Origin: Nemertoderma westbladi
Lineage: Eukaryota > Animalia > Xenacoelomorpha
NCBI GenBank assembly: GCA_032718475.1
Contig: JAUCBJ010005651.1
Location: 4,679 to 68,678, forward strand
DNA: 64,000 bases
Direction of reading: 5' to 3'
Under the pieces are notes generated by a model that was given only the letters and a program-made list of their open reading frames with translations, searched no databases and was not told the origin of the DNA. Both the position numbers and the translations under genes were made by a program. Shown here piece by piece: positions 50,309 through 61,050 of the stretch (the first letter of the stretch is position 1; every line of letters begins with the position of its first letter).

Positions 50309-52414
50309 ATGACAATGACAGTTTCATTATCTGATGTTCTTGAGGCTTTTTTAGATTCTCACAAACGAGTTGTGGACGATACCCATCTGACGAAACTCAT
50401 TGACGAGTTAACTTCCCAAACATTGGACGCGCAACAATTACACTGTATCCGCGAGTTCCTAGAACGTGCGACAGACGCCAGGTTGCACTCATCCGTAACC
50501 GCGTTTGCGCTCGTATTAGCGGGCTCCTTCGCGTGGTCCGAACCCAGCGATACGGCAAGTAGATTGATCGAAAAACTTAGACCAGGTTCTCATTTGGTGG
50601 AGTCGCCATCAGTCCGGGAGTCTTGGCTAAAGGCTATACAGTTAGGAGCCAAAAGTAACACATTCAATTTCCTAGATTATTATGATGATGTGTTTAATTG
50701 CCTGGTAGACTCTAGTATCTATGTGAGTGGTGCAGCGGAGAACTGTTTAATTAAATATTCGAGTAGCGATACAAATGTTTACAACAAATTGTACGATACT
50801 TTAAAGAAACAATTAGGCCTATTAGTTTCACCGGATGAATCCCAGTATTTTGGGTGGGAATTTCGTTTGGTTCGAGTTTTAGTTGCAAGTCAAGTCGTCC
50901 GCCAAGAAAGGAATCTGTGTTCGAGCGAGTTGGATCGAACAGATTGCAACCCTGTCGGTACTGAACTTACAGATTTGTTAGCGTCGCTAAAACATTTAAT
51001 TTCTTCATTTCGTGCTGTTTCCTCTCCGTCACCCTCACAGAGATTACTTGACGCTGCCGTTGGGGGATTAATACGTATTTTCGTTCTTGATAAAAATCCA
51101 GTTGTTGGGGATAACGATATTAAAGATATAGTTCATCATTTGGTAAATACAGGTGAACATATAAACGGGTTGAAGTTAGCCTCTGGGTGTTTAAGATGGC
51201 CGGATTCTTTCAGTGAGTACGTATCTCTATGTCCGTTGGCTATCAGAATGAAGTCTTTAGATGACGAATTCTCTACCGCAATTGGCATTGCGATTCCGAT
51301 TATTTATAAACAGTTTTCTCAAGTTGTTTCGAATCACCCCAAACGCTTTGCCTGTTGCGTTAGACTATCTATAAATTCCATCAAGACAATATCTCTGCGT
51401 AATTTCGGCAGTAAAATTCTCAGTACAGCTAGAACCAGACTTATTGATTTTCTCTCGAGTAAATGTGAATTCAAACAGGTTTCTTCGAACGACGAACAAT
51501 TTATTACAGAAATAACTCTTTGTCTTCTTGATTCCAATTTCATTGAAAACGACGACTTTGTCAATGTTTTGGTTGGCCGATATTTGGAATTGTTGAAGAA
51601 CGGGAGAGATTCAATAGCACTTATTTGTGTAACTTTGAAACTCTTTGAAAGGCATTGGACGATAGATGTAGTGGAACACGTGGTCGAAACCTTAATGGAA
51701 GACAGCAGATGGGAAGTCCAGGATTCTATGTTGCAGTTTCTTTCAACAGTCTCGCAGCAAGGTTGCGATAACATTCGCACGGAAACTTTTAGATATTGCG
51801 AACATTTGCGAACCAAATCCAAGACAAACTGCGAGAATGCATACGTCCGTTTATCACTGGGTAAGCTACTAGTATTGTTGGCTTCTAAACTCCCCTTGGC
51901 CATTTCAGCTATGTCTTCATTTATTGAGGAGTACAAAGAAGATGTTTCATTCCTACAAGAATTATTTCGTTCAGCTCTGGACCTCGATGCTGATTTTCTC
52001 TTACCATTATCCGCGGTTCTACTCCAGTTTATCGCAGAGGATATTATTTCTCCATGCTCATCGGATATGGATATCTTAGATTCCGATTCGACCGGCCTTT
52101 TGGGAATCGCAATAGAGTTTGTTATCCACCTTGGCGCCGTTATAAATAACAAAGAGGATCCTCGTATTAGTAACGTTATTGGGGTTATAAGCAATTTAAT
52201 TAGCGAGGTACCTACGACTATAACATACTGCCGACATTCCGACTCCGTTTCCATAACTTTACGAAGTCTCGTCGAGGTTTGTGTCGATAAAGCCAACAAC
52301 TACGTCTTTGTCCAATCAGATTCACCGAAATGTTGTTTGGCTTCTCTTCTCGAGGATATCTATAATGCCATGGAAACCATTGAAGATGACGACGTTATTC
52401 CAGATTGTTATTAG
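50309..52414 (+). CDS. BRAT1: BRAT1 (BRCA1-associated ATM activator 1; ARM/HEAT-like INTS11 chaperone), single-exon 701 aa
   Basis: DSRWEVQDSMLQFL (recalled D..WEVRDS..EFL), ENAYVRLS (ESYVRAS), DSSIYV (DSSLFV) and C-terminal acidic ...PDCY*; AATAAA at ~52523. Confidence 0.8.
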   Translation: MTMTVSLSDVLEAFLDSHKRVVDDTHLTKLIDELTSQTLDAQQLHCIREFLERATDARLHSSVTAFALVLAGSFAWSEPSDTASRLIEKLRPGSHLVESPSVRESWLKAIQLGAKSNTFNFLDYYDDVFNCLVDSSIYVSGAAENCLIKYSSSDTNVYNKLYDTLKKQLGLLVSPDESQYFGWEFRLVRVLVASQVVRQERNLCSSELDRTDCNPVGTELTDLLASLKHLISSFRAVSSPSPSQRLLDAAVGGLIRIFVLDKNPVVGDNDIKDIVHHLVNTGEHINGLKLASGCLRWPDSFSEYVSLCPLAIRMKSLDDEFSTAIGIAIPIIYKQFSQVVSNHPKRFACCVRLSINSIKTISLRNFGSKILSTARTRLIDFLSSKCEFKQVSSNDEQFITEITLCLLDSNFIENDDFVNVLVGRYLELLKNGRDSIALICVTLKLFERHWTIDVVEHVVETLMEDSRWEVQDSMLQFLSTVSQQGCDNIRTETFRYCEHLRTKSKTNCENAYVRLSLGKLLVLLASKLPLAISAMSSFIEEYKEDVSFLQELFRSALDLDADFLLPLSAVLLQFIAEDIISPCSSDMDILDSDSTGLLGIAIEFVIHLGAVINNKEDPRISNVIGVISNLISEVPTTITYCRHSDSVSITLRSLVEVCVDKANNYVFVQSDSPKCCLASLLEDIYNAMETIEDDDVIPDCY

Positions 52415-54079
52415 TTTTATTTTGCTTAACTGATGAATAATTCGTTAGTTCCATTCTTACCTCGCACTACAGTTTAGCTGTACGGTGTCTCGTTTTGTTT
52501 TCTTATTTAATTCCCGAGGTGCAATAAAATTTTGAAAATAATCTTACATATTTTTGATAAATTAAAATGATGCGAAGATTTAATTTTTTTTTCCTGTTTC
52601 AGAATGCTTATATCAAAAGGACTTATTCTCCTGTCTTTGTTCAACTATGATATATTTCATATATTTGGAACGTTCTAACTTTTTGTAATTAATTTTTGAC
52701 GCCCGGTAAATCAACATGGCCAAAAGCTGTCCTCAAAATGACAGCTTTTTGTTCCAATCTGTTATATACAAGGGGTTGTGGTGGCACTGAGCGGCCAGTT
52801 TTGTAATCTTTGTATTTGTTTACCAGACTTTTACACAAACTCGCAAGACTTTCCGCAAATACTTCAGAGCGAGTTTGCAAAAGTCGGGAATCGAACTTTA
52901 TAAGGACACCAAAAACGGGTTTGTAACCGGTTTGCTCACCCAAATCCAAAACCTTCTCAAATTTCATGCAATCTCATTAAGAGTGTAGAAAAATATGGGC
53001 GGGGGGGGGGGGGGGTGTACCTGAATAACGACACTATATTCCAGGACGTGTACGGACAATTCCGAATTCAGTTAAGTAATGTCCCGTTAGTGGACATTAC
53101 TTAACGCCGTCATATTACCACGTAAACAATAGGTGGAAATTAGTTAGCCTTACAGCCAGATAGGCCTACTGCATTACCTACCGGTAGGCTGGATATAGCT
53201 ATTAATAACCTAGCTATATTATTAATATGGCTCCAAACGCCACCATAAATATAATATAAGCTAACTTATTTATTTACTTAATTGTCCTAACTTCACTCCA
53301 GGACACGGTGTACGCCCGTGTTCTACCATTTAGCCTAGCCCGTAAGTCCTTTATGAATGTGCACTTGTGTATTCTATAAGAATTACAACCGTTGTATTAT
53401 ACAAATATACTAAAAAGTTAATAGCGCAAATTAAATACAAACACCAACTATGTGTTTAGAAAAGCATTTTTTTAAGGGGTTTATAAGGGTTTAAAAACTA
53501 ATTTAATTTAAAACATAAAGGGAAAGGAACAGGTTACAGTGGGCGGTGTTTTCTAACCAACACAATAAACTGCACTGGATATCACTTTTTTTCACTAGAG
53601 GTCAATTTGCGCCGCTATCTGATACTAAAACGTCTTTAGCTCTGAGTATTGTAGGATTTGGCATATCAAATATGGGTTTTTACGAAATACAGTAGCATAT
53701 GTTGGCCAGGGACTTGAATTTCATTAGCATTATAAAATAACTTTGCGGCATTTTATGTACTGCCATCAAATGTAATCGTATTCTGATGCGATTGCCTTAA
53801 GTAACTATCCCAAAGTACTTTGTGTATAGGGCCCTAATAACTCAATTTAAACAATCGTAAAATGTAGCTTTGATGGGAATATATTTAAAGGATAAGAATA
53901 AATCCCTTTAATTATTAATGAATTTATAATAAACCGTTTATAATAAGATTTAGATTTGGTTAACGAAGCGGCCTGAGATCCTTTGGGTACAATAAATTAT
54001 TGATACAATGATTTTTCTTTGAAGTTTAAATTTTCCGTCACCATATTTTCAGTAATTAAGGTGGCGTCTCATACTGGCT

Positions 54080-54480
54080 AGTTAGATAAATATGGTGGGT
54101 GGCCAGGTGTTCCCCACCAAGAGTAAATTACTATTAGAATGTGTATAACGCTACAATGATTTCTAGGAATGGTTGATTCGAGAAAGTTTAGATGCAAACG
54201 GATAGATTCCTCTTTAAAAGTGAGCGCATTTTCTGAGTTCCAATTATCCTAGTCCTATAAAATATAGTTTTATGACAAAATGTCGACCAAATATAATTTA
54301 TTATGAAGATATACGCAAACAAATATTTTGGCTCGAGTGTTTCCCCTAGCTACTGCAGTGTAGGTTTTCACCAACGGCAGGGAGAGCTGACTGTTAAGAA
54401 CTCAAAGTGGATCTCATCAAAGTACTGCGTCTTGGGTTGCATAGCTATTAGAACAGCAAACATACCCGACTAATAAGGTA
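54080..54480 (+). mobile_element. Possible highly decayed hAT transposase C-terminal remnant
   Basis: LARVFPLATAV followed by ggttttca (GFS) and TVKNSK resembles the LP.STA.CERGFS...K dimerisation motif; many stops. Confidence 0.3.
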
Positions 54481-55995
54481 AACCAATTAATATTAATCAA
54501 CCAATGGGTTTATATGTTAATATTTATGTCTCTTTTTTATAATAAAACTTGTCAACTTTGAAAGCCCATCGACTTGGCATATCGAGGCTTTTATGAAAAA
54601 CACGGAGAATATGTTGAGTTGTCTTTCGAATTTTATGAATTCCTCACAAAGGCTACATCGAGTGGGACCCGCCCATGCACACTAAGTGCTCTTCTACATG
54701 CCCCATCGGGTATTCACTAATCTCCCGAGGCTGAATTTGAATATTTTTAATGAGTCCCATTACAATTTAACAATTTGTAATCCCTATTGAAATATGAAAA
54801 TTGAAACTCGCCGGGTTTTCAATAAAACTCGCTCATTATAAAATTGAATTATATTTAAACAACTGAGTTGTGTGTTAACTAATTATTAAAAATATAACTA
54901 AAATAAATTATTAAAATGTTTCTGACTAAACTAATTTACAATCTGGCGTAGAAATTGTGTGAGTTAAATAATTTGTCACAACTTTTTCTTACTGAATATA
55001 AAATCATCAAACATCTAGTTATTAAACACCATTACTTATTAATTTAGCCTAATTACTTTCTGTTGAAATGCTATTTTATTGTATTGACGCGTTAACAACA
55101 TTGTTTATTGTTTTGGTTAGATAAAGCCGTCTCTGCAACCTGCTCTATTCCATCAAGCGGGCGAAGGTTGGACGCGGGCGAAGATTGCACCCAACCGTAT
55201 TGGCCTATACTTTTTATTTCTTCTACTAATGATTCTTTGTCTTCAGCAATGTCAATGTAGTACCATGGTAATGATTATTAGGCAACGTATTCTACATGCT
55301 GCGTCGTATTTCCGGTCGCAGTGCTTGTTTGTCACGGTTCCGCTCCGCTTATAAACTCACATGAACTGGAAATATTAAGAATTTTTATTATCTGCAGTCA
55401 AACAAAGACAGCAACTCGAGGGAAAATTTAACTATCTTTTGATATTTTTATTGATTCTCGATTCGATGCGTGGAAACAACAAAGACCGACTTAATTTCTC
55501 TAACCAACTCGCTATAATAATTGATTAGCCGAGTTTAAGTGTTTCTAATAACGAAATACATCAAAGCATTGTAACGGTAGTTCAGGCAGAACGTTTGAAA
55601 CTACTTGTTGAAACTATAATAGTTGTACTGCTCGCTTCATTTATCAGTTTTTATGAATATTGCACTGATCGCTTCATAAGATGTTAATAGTATATATAAA
55701 GGGAGAGTTATGGTGAATTAAATATCGCAATATTTTTAACATAATCACCATGATTTAACATGGACTGAAACTTCGGAGTTGTCTATACCAAGGGGTATTA
55801 ATTTCAATGAACGTATTTTTTTTTAATTAAATAGTGATAACAATTTACTTATTTAGCTGTTCAACCTAACTGGTATTGCTCATAATCGGACTTTGACAAC
55901 CACAGACAAACAAACGAATTTGTAGCCATTTACTTTGAGTCTTTGAGTTGCTTATTTGTTTCCTATTTGGATTCTGTGCACCGTTCGTACCTGAC

Positions 55996-56150
55996 AGCAG
56001 ACAGGGGGGGGGGGGGGGGGGGGTGACGTTCGAAGCAATCAAAATGCATCCCTCTCCAGGGAAAAATTTACGCAAATAACAGCTTATAACTCCCAAAAAA
56101 TCTGTAACCTGTTTTATTGACTTTAGTTTATTGTTTTGGTAGCATAACCC
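55996..56150 (+). mobile_element. Partial copy of the AGACAG(G)n MITE family
   Basis: catccctctccaggg..gcaaataacagc..gtaacctgttttattgactttagtttattgttttgg matches 59763-59858. Confidence 0.7.
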
Positions 56151-56271
56151 GCAATTGTACCAACCAAATGTACGCCACTGGGCAGCAGTTAGATAGAGCG
56201 ACAGAAGAAATTAATAAAAGTGAACAATTTTCATAAATAAAACCTTATATAAATTTTTTAATTCCTAATAA

Positions 56272-56440
56272 TACTGGGGTGCTGAGTGGTAGTATGGCAT
56301 GTGCTTATTGTAAGTGCTTAACCGTTATTTTTGTAGTTCAAAATCTTTAAACCGCTAGGCACTCAGTCTACTAATTGCAAATTCATTGATAGAGTGAAGC
56401 TGTAGGCCTCTGTTACGCCGCTAGGAGTGGCCAAATATTA
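56272..56440 (+). repeat. Possible tRNA-derived SINE remnant
   Basis: A-box-like gtgctgagtggt and B-box-like gtagttcaaaatc about 55 bp apart. Confidence 0.3.
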
Positions 56441-57752
56441 ATTACACCCAAACTCCACTCGTTTACACAAGTATCACGTGGGGCCGGCCTCAGAATTTCC
56501 TTGTCGGATAATCAGGTGCTTTTTGTTCGGCCTATGGAGCACTGCAGTGATGAGGACATGAGGCCTTGGGTCACTAACGTAACAAAGGTTAAATTCCACT
56601 CAGAATAAAATTTGCACTAACTTCTAGGTGTGGTGTGGCCCAACACATGCAATATGTGCTGATTAGAAGGGCCCCTATAACTTCTATAGGAGATATTGTA
56701 CAGTAGTTTGGCATAAAAGGGGGATCGGATAATATAGGTTGTTTCACCCATGTATAGGTCACGTGACAATATAATATTAACTTTGCTTACTTTTCTGCAG
56801 AAAAAATTAAACCTCACAAGCGTTAGTGAACTGTATGAGCAATATGCTACATACCGGTACTGTATGCCTAAATATATTTCGGTTGAGCACGCACTAGAGT
56901 TCATACTAGCATGTCACGGCAACGTGTTAGCACAAAAATTGAGTACAGACAACCCCATAGGCCAAATGACCACATTTCTACACGCTGGTTTGAAATGTTG
57001 CCATTTTTGACAGCTATACTCTACAACTTTGTTTACCTCACTGTCTGATATTTATGGATGCAGTGTGTCTGGTTGTCGGCCGCAAAGCCTAAGCCTTGCA
57101 GTTACCATTTGGGCACCCGACACAAATCTAATATTCCGGCTTCTCAATATTTTCAAGTATTCTATTGTTACTGTAGATGGGTTTATTATGTAGAGGAAAA
57201 ATTCTTCATATACCTTTATCATTGCCACGCCCGCCATTGAGAATTGCATTTGCAAGTTTCGCAATAGAATTCTGTACTTAGAATTGATAACAGCAATGGA
57301 TTAGAATTGTTTTTATAATGATACTGCACTACCCATTATCGTTACCGGAACCGATATTATAGGCCTAAGTTATTTATATTTCTCCAAGTTATACGGATAA
57401 TTATACAAAAAAAAACACAATTAGGCGGAGGGAAATAACACTTGAACGAATAATTCTGCAGTTTAGTGATTTTTTAATGAATTTAGATTTATTATGTTAT
57501 AATGGATCTCCCATGGCCTTCTGTGAATGACACCAGCACCAATTCAGCGAATTCGGCGATACCTACCTATGATACTTAATAAATTGTGGGGTAGATTTCA
57601 TATCAGCGTAATAAATAAGCCAAGACTTATTAAAATTATTATTATAAACATCGACAACTTTTTTTGTCAAAACTACAAAAACCGAAGTGGCCAAGGAAAA
57701 TTTGTGGATAACGATTAAAGTAGATAAATCATGACAGAATGTTGACTCTTCC

Positions 57753-58349
57753 TTTGGGAACTTGTAACAGAATATTCACTTTATTTCCCCTTTTGGGAAC
57801 TTAGTAACATAATATTGACTTTATGTCCCCTTTTGGGAACTTAGTAACAGAATATTCACTTTATTTCCCCTTTTGGGAACTTAGTAACAGAATACTTCAC
57901 TTTATGTCCCTTTTGCAAACTTAGTAACAGAATATTGACTTTATTTCCCCTTTTTGGGAACTTAGTAACAGAATATTGACTTTATTTCCCCTTTTGGAAA
58001 CTTAGTAACATAATAGTGACTTTATTTCCCCTTTTGGGAACTTAGTAACAGAATATTCACTTTATTTCCCCTTTTGGGAACTTAGTAACAGAAGAATATT
58101 CACTTTATTTCCCCTTTTGGGAACTTAGTAACATAATATTGACTTTATTTCCCCTTTTGGGAACTTAGTAACAGAATATTCACTTTATTTCCCCTTTTGG
58201 GAACTTAGTAACAGAATAGTGACTTCATTTCCCCTTTTGGGAACTTAGTAACATAATATTGACTTTATTTCCCCTTTTGGGAACTTAATAACAGAATAGT
58301 GACTTTATTTCCCCTTTTGGGAACTTAGTAGCAGAATTGTAACTTTATT
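57753..58349. repeat. Minisatellite, ~40-bp unit TTTTGGGAACTTAGTAACAGAATATTCACTTTATTTCCCC
   Basis: About 15 tandem copies. Confidence 0.95.
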
Positions 58350-58979
58350 TAGTAAAAGCCCGACTCCGTATTATGAAGTTATACATTTAGTTATTATTTA
58401 CACAATAAAATGTTATTCTCACTACCGAAATGCAGAAGCAAAACAGAATTGCAAAACAAGCTTTCTGTTTTCAAAGTTGAATATTTATCAGAGTCACAGA
58501 TACACCCATTAAAATGTTGTTTTTGTGATTCTGTGAAGAAGGACTGCACCCAAAATGTATTATTCTGTTAAATCTGGTCAGGTTATATATACATACTGTA
58601 TATATCTAAATGGGTGTAATTTACACACCCATTAATTAATATGATATTTTTTTGTTATTTTTTAGGCAAAGAATATGTGTTATTTTAATGGGCATTATTG
58701 TGAAGTGAAAAGTTGGTACTCTCAATTCATTTGAACTACTGCCATAGATCTCCTTCCTCGTAAGACAAAGACCATTTATTACGAATCGAATATAACGGCT
58801 TTCACAGAGAACCACAACAGTATAAATAACCGCCACATTATGTTGTTACCCTTTAATAACCTAACAGATAATAAAATAAGTTAGATTCTAAATGTCATAT
58901 GAGAACTTAATGTTAAATATTGTTTAGTACGGCGTAACATATACTTGAATACTGCGTCTTTCCTTAATTGGTAATAACG

Positions 58980-59341
58980 TGGGGAATATGTGACACCAAC
59001 AGAAACAGTGACAAAAAGGAGGGGTTAATTTGTGACAAATCGAAAAAAACATCGACAACAGTCAACTACAGTCAAAAATAACCATAATATATACCAGTCC
59101 TAAAAATGTTATGTCTCAAGCTAACTGTCAGTTAAGCAACAAATAATAAAATAATTTAATTGGAGTTAGATGATATCATATACAGCTGTGAGTGGTCTGC
59201 GGTTTCACTTGGCACAATTAATTTTATGACTGCGATATATTATTGTTATTCACATTTCCTGTGGCCATTTTTTTTACTGTGGCTGTTTTATTTTTAATTC
59301 GAGACTGAGTTTGTCCCGGGTGTTGTCACAAATCCCCCCTA
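58980..59341. mobile_element. Probable MITE with GGGG..TGTGACA termini
   Basis: ggggaatatgtgacacc (58981) versus gttgtcacaaatccccc (~59322-59339). Confidence 0.4.
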
Positions 59342-59728
59342 TCCGAAATTGAATTAATACCATAATAAAACCAATTCACCAATTTAAACTAGCAACGAAA
59401 ACGTTCCCATAGATGTTTGATATAAATTCGGGCCGGGGAAACGATAAACATTAAAATTAATGAAAATCGCGAAAAATAGAGATGTCGAAACTGATTAATG
59501 TAAAACATTGGCACAAAATCTTATCTACAACAATAAATTTTTATGGTCTCAATGTAGATAACTATTAAGCAGATTATACTGTATTTGTAAGAGGTTGTGG
59601 CTGCATTCCCTTATGGTCTCAGATATTTGTGTTTTTCGGTTAGTGTTATGCGTAAAGTAATAAATACATTATACTAAAAGTTGACTCTTTACGACGTCAA
59701 CTAAATTTGATTCTGACTTCACCAAAAT

Positions 59729-59982
59729 GGAGACAGGGGGGAAACTGGACGCAATAAAAATTCATCCCTCTCCAGGGGAATTGGAAGCGAATAACAGATA
59801 ATGACTCTCAAAAATAAAACTATAACCTGTTCTATTGTGTTTAGTTTATTGTTTTGGTTAAAATATCGTGCTCCTGTAACCTGCTCCTTTCCCGATATTG
59901 AGAATTTAACATTGAGGAGGGATATTAATTAGCCAAGGCGGGTTTTGCGTCCAGACAGATTCCACCCCCCCCCCCTGTCTCC
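59729..59982. mobile_element. Full copy of the AGACAG(G)nAAACTGGACGCAA MITE
   Basis: ggagacaggggggaaactggacgcaa ... ttgcgtccag..ccccctgtctcc; internal sequence is the reverse complement of 48547-48803. Confidence 0.85.
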
Positions 59983-60064
59983 CACTGGTAATCAATTTTG
60001 CATTTGAGTTTTATCCCCCCCCCCCCCCCCCCCCCCACATCTGAAAATCCTGGGTACGCCCCTG

Positions 60065-60960
60065 GTCGACGTGGTTAAACTCGCGTCCAATCACCCTCCA
60101 TGGTACCCATCTAACCAAGGAGGAATTTCGAGAAGCTGTCTGCCTGCGGCACGGTTGGCAACCCCGGTCTACCCCGGCCCGTTGTGCCTGTGGGACACGA
60201 TTTTCTGAGAACCATATCCTGTCGTTCCTACAGGCGGATATCCATCAATCCGACATAACGAGATCCGGGATTTGTAGCCGATACGCTGACCGAAGTTGCC
60301 CACAATGTTGCAGTGGAACCGCATTTGCAGCCGATATCCGGGGAAATATTCAATCGCCGATCCACGTCCACCGACCACCTGGCGCGTCTGGATATCTCTG
60401 TTTCAGGTTTCTGTGGTAACCGGTTCTATAAAACGTTCATAGACGTGTCTGTGTTTAATCCTCTCACGGAAACCAATGCCGCTATGTCGCTGGAGGGCGC
60501 TCACTCTTTCCACGAGCAGCGGAAACGTAACAAGTACGAGGAACGAGTGAGGGAGGTTGAACTCGCCACCTTTACCCCGTTGATATTCTTGGCGTTCGGC
60601 GGGATGTCGTCGACTACCAAACAGTTTTTTAAACACCTGCGCGACGCCGAGTGCTGCAACTGGGTACGACGTCAGGTGAGCTTTGCGTTACAGCGGGCGA
60701 GCCTGATGTGTCCCCGGGGTTCGCGCTCCGCCCGTAACCGCCCCGACCACCAGGTCGCCGACACGTCGATCATCCTGTCTAACACAGACTCATGGGGTAG
60801 CGGGTAGGGTATGAGACTGTAAGAGTTGATTATTGTTTACTTATCCTACTTTGTAAAGACAGCTTGAGCTTGCAGTTAAATTAGAATTTGAATTTCCCAC
60901 CCTTGACTTTACTTTACTGTTTTTATTGTATGTATGATACATTTTTATACAATAAAAGCG
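60065..60960 (+). mobile_element. 3' fragment of a CRE-clade (restriction-like endonuclease) non-LTR retrotransposon
   Basis: Broken Zn-knuckle (.ACG..., HILS., GGYPSIRHNEIRD) then VEPHLQPISGE..ARLDISVSGF..FIDVSVFNP..EQRKRNKY..FTPLIF..FGGM (PD-D/ExK RLE domain); AATAAA at 60951. Confidence 0.7.
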
Positions 60961-60986
60961 TCTGGAAGACGGAAAAAAATTTCATT

Positions 60987-61050
60987 GAGAGTTATCAGCT
61001 GTTATTTGCGTCCAATTTCCCCTGGAGAGGGAATAATTTTTATTGCGTCC
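60987..61050 (-). mobile_element. Terminal fragment of the AGACAG(G)n MITE family
   Basis: ctgttatttgcgtccaatttcccctggagaggga..tttttattgcgtccagt matches 48721-48775. Confidence 0.7.

Noticed and set aside
51334-52299. 321-aa antisense ORF within BRAT1
   Set aside because: Shadow frame of the sense CDS; non-ATG start, no recognisable motifs.
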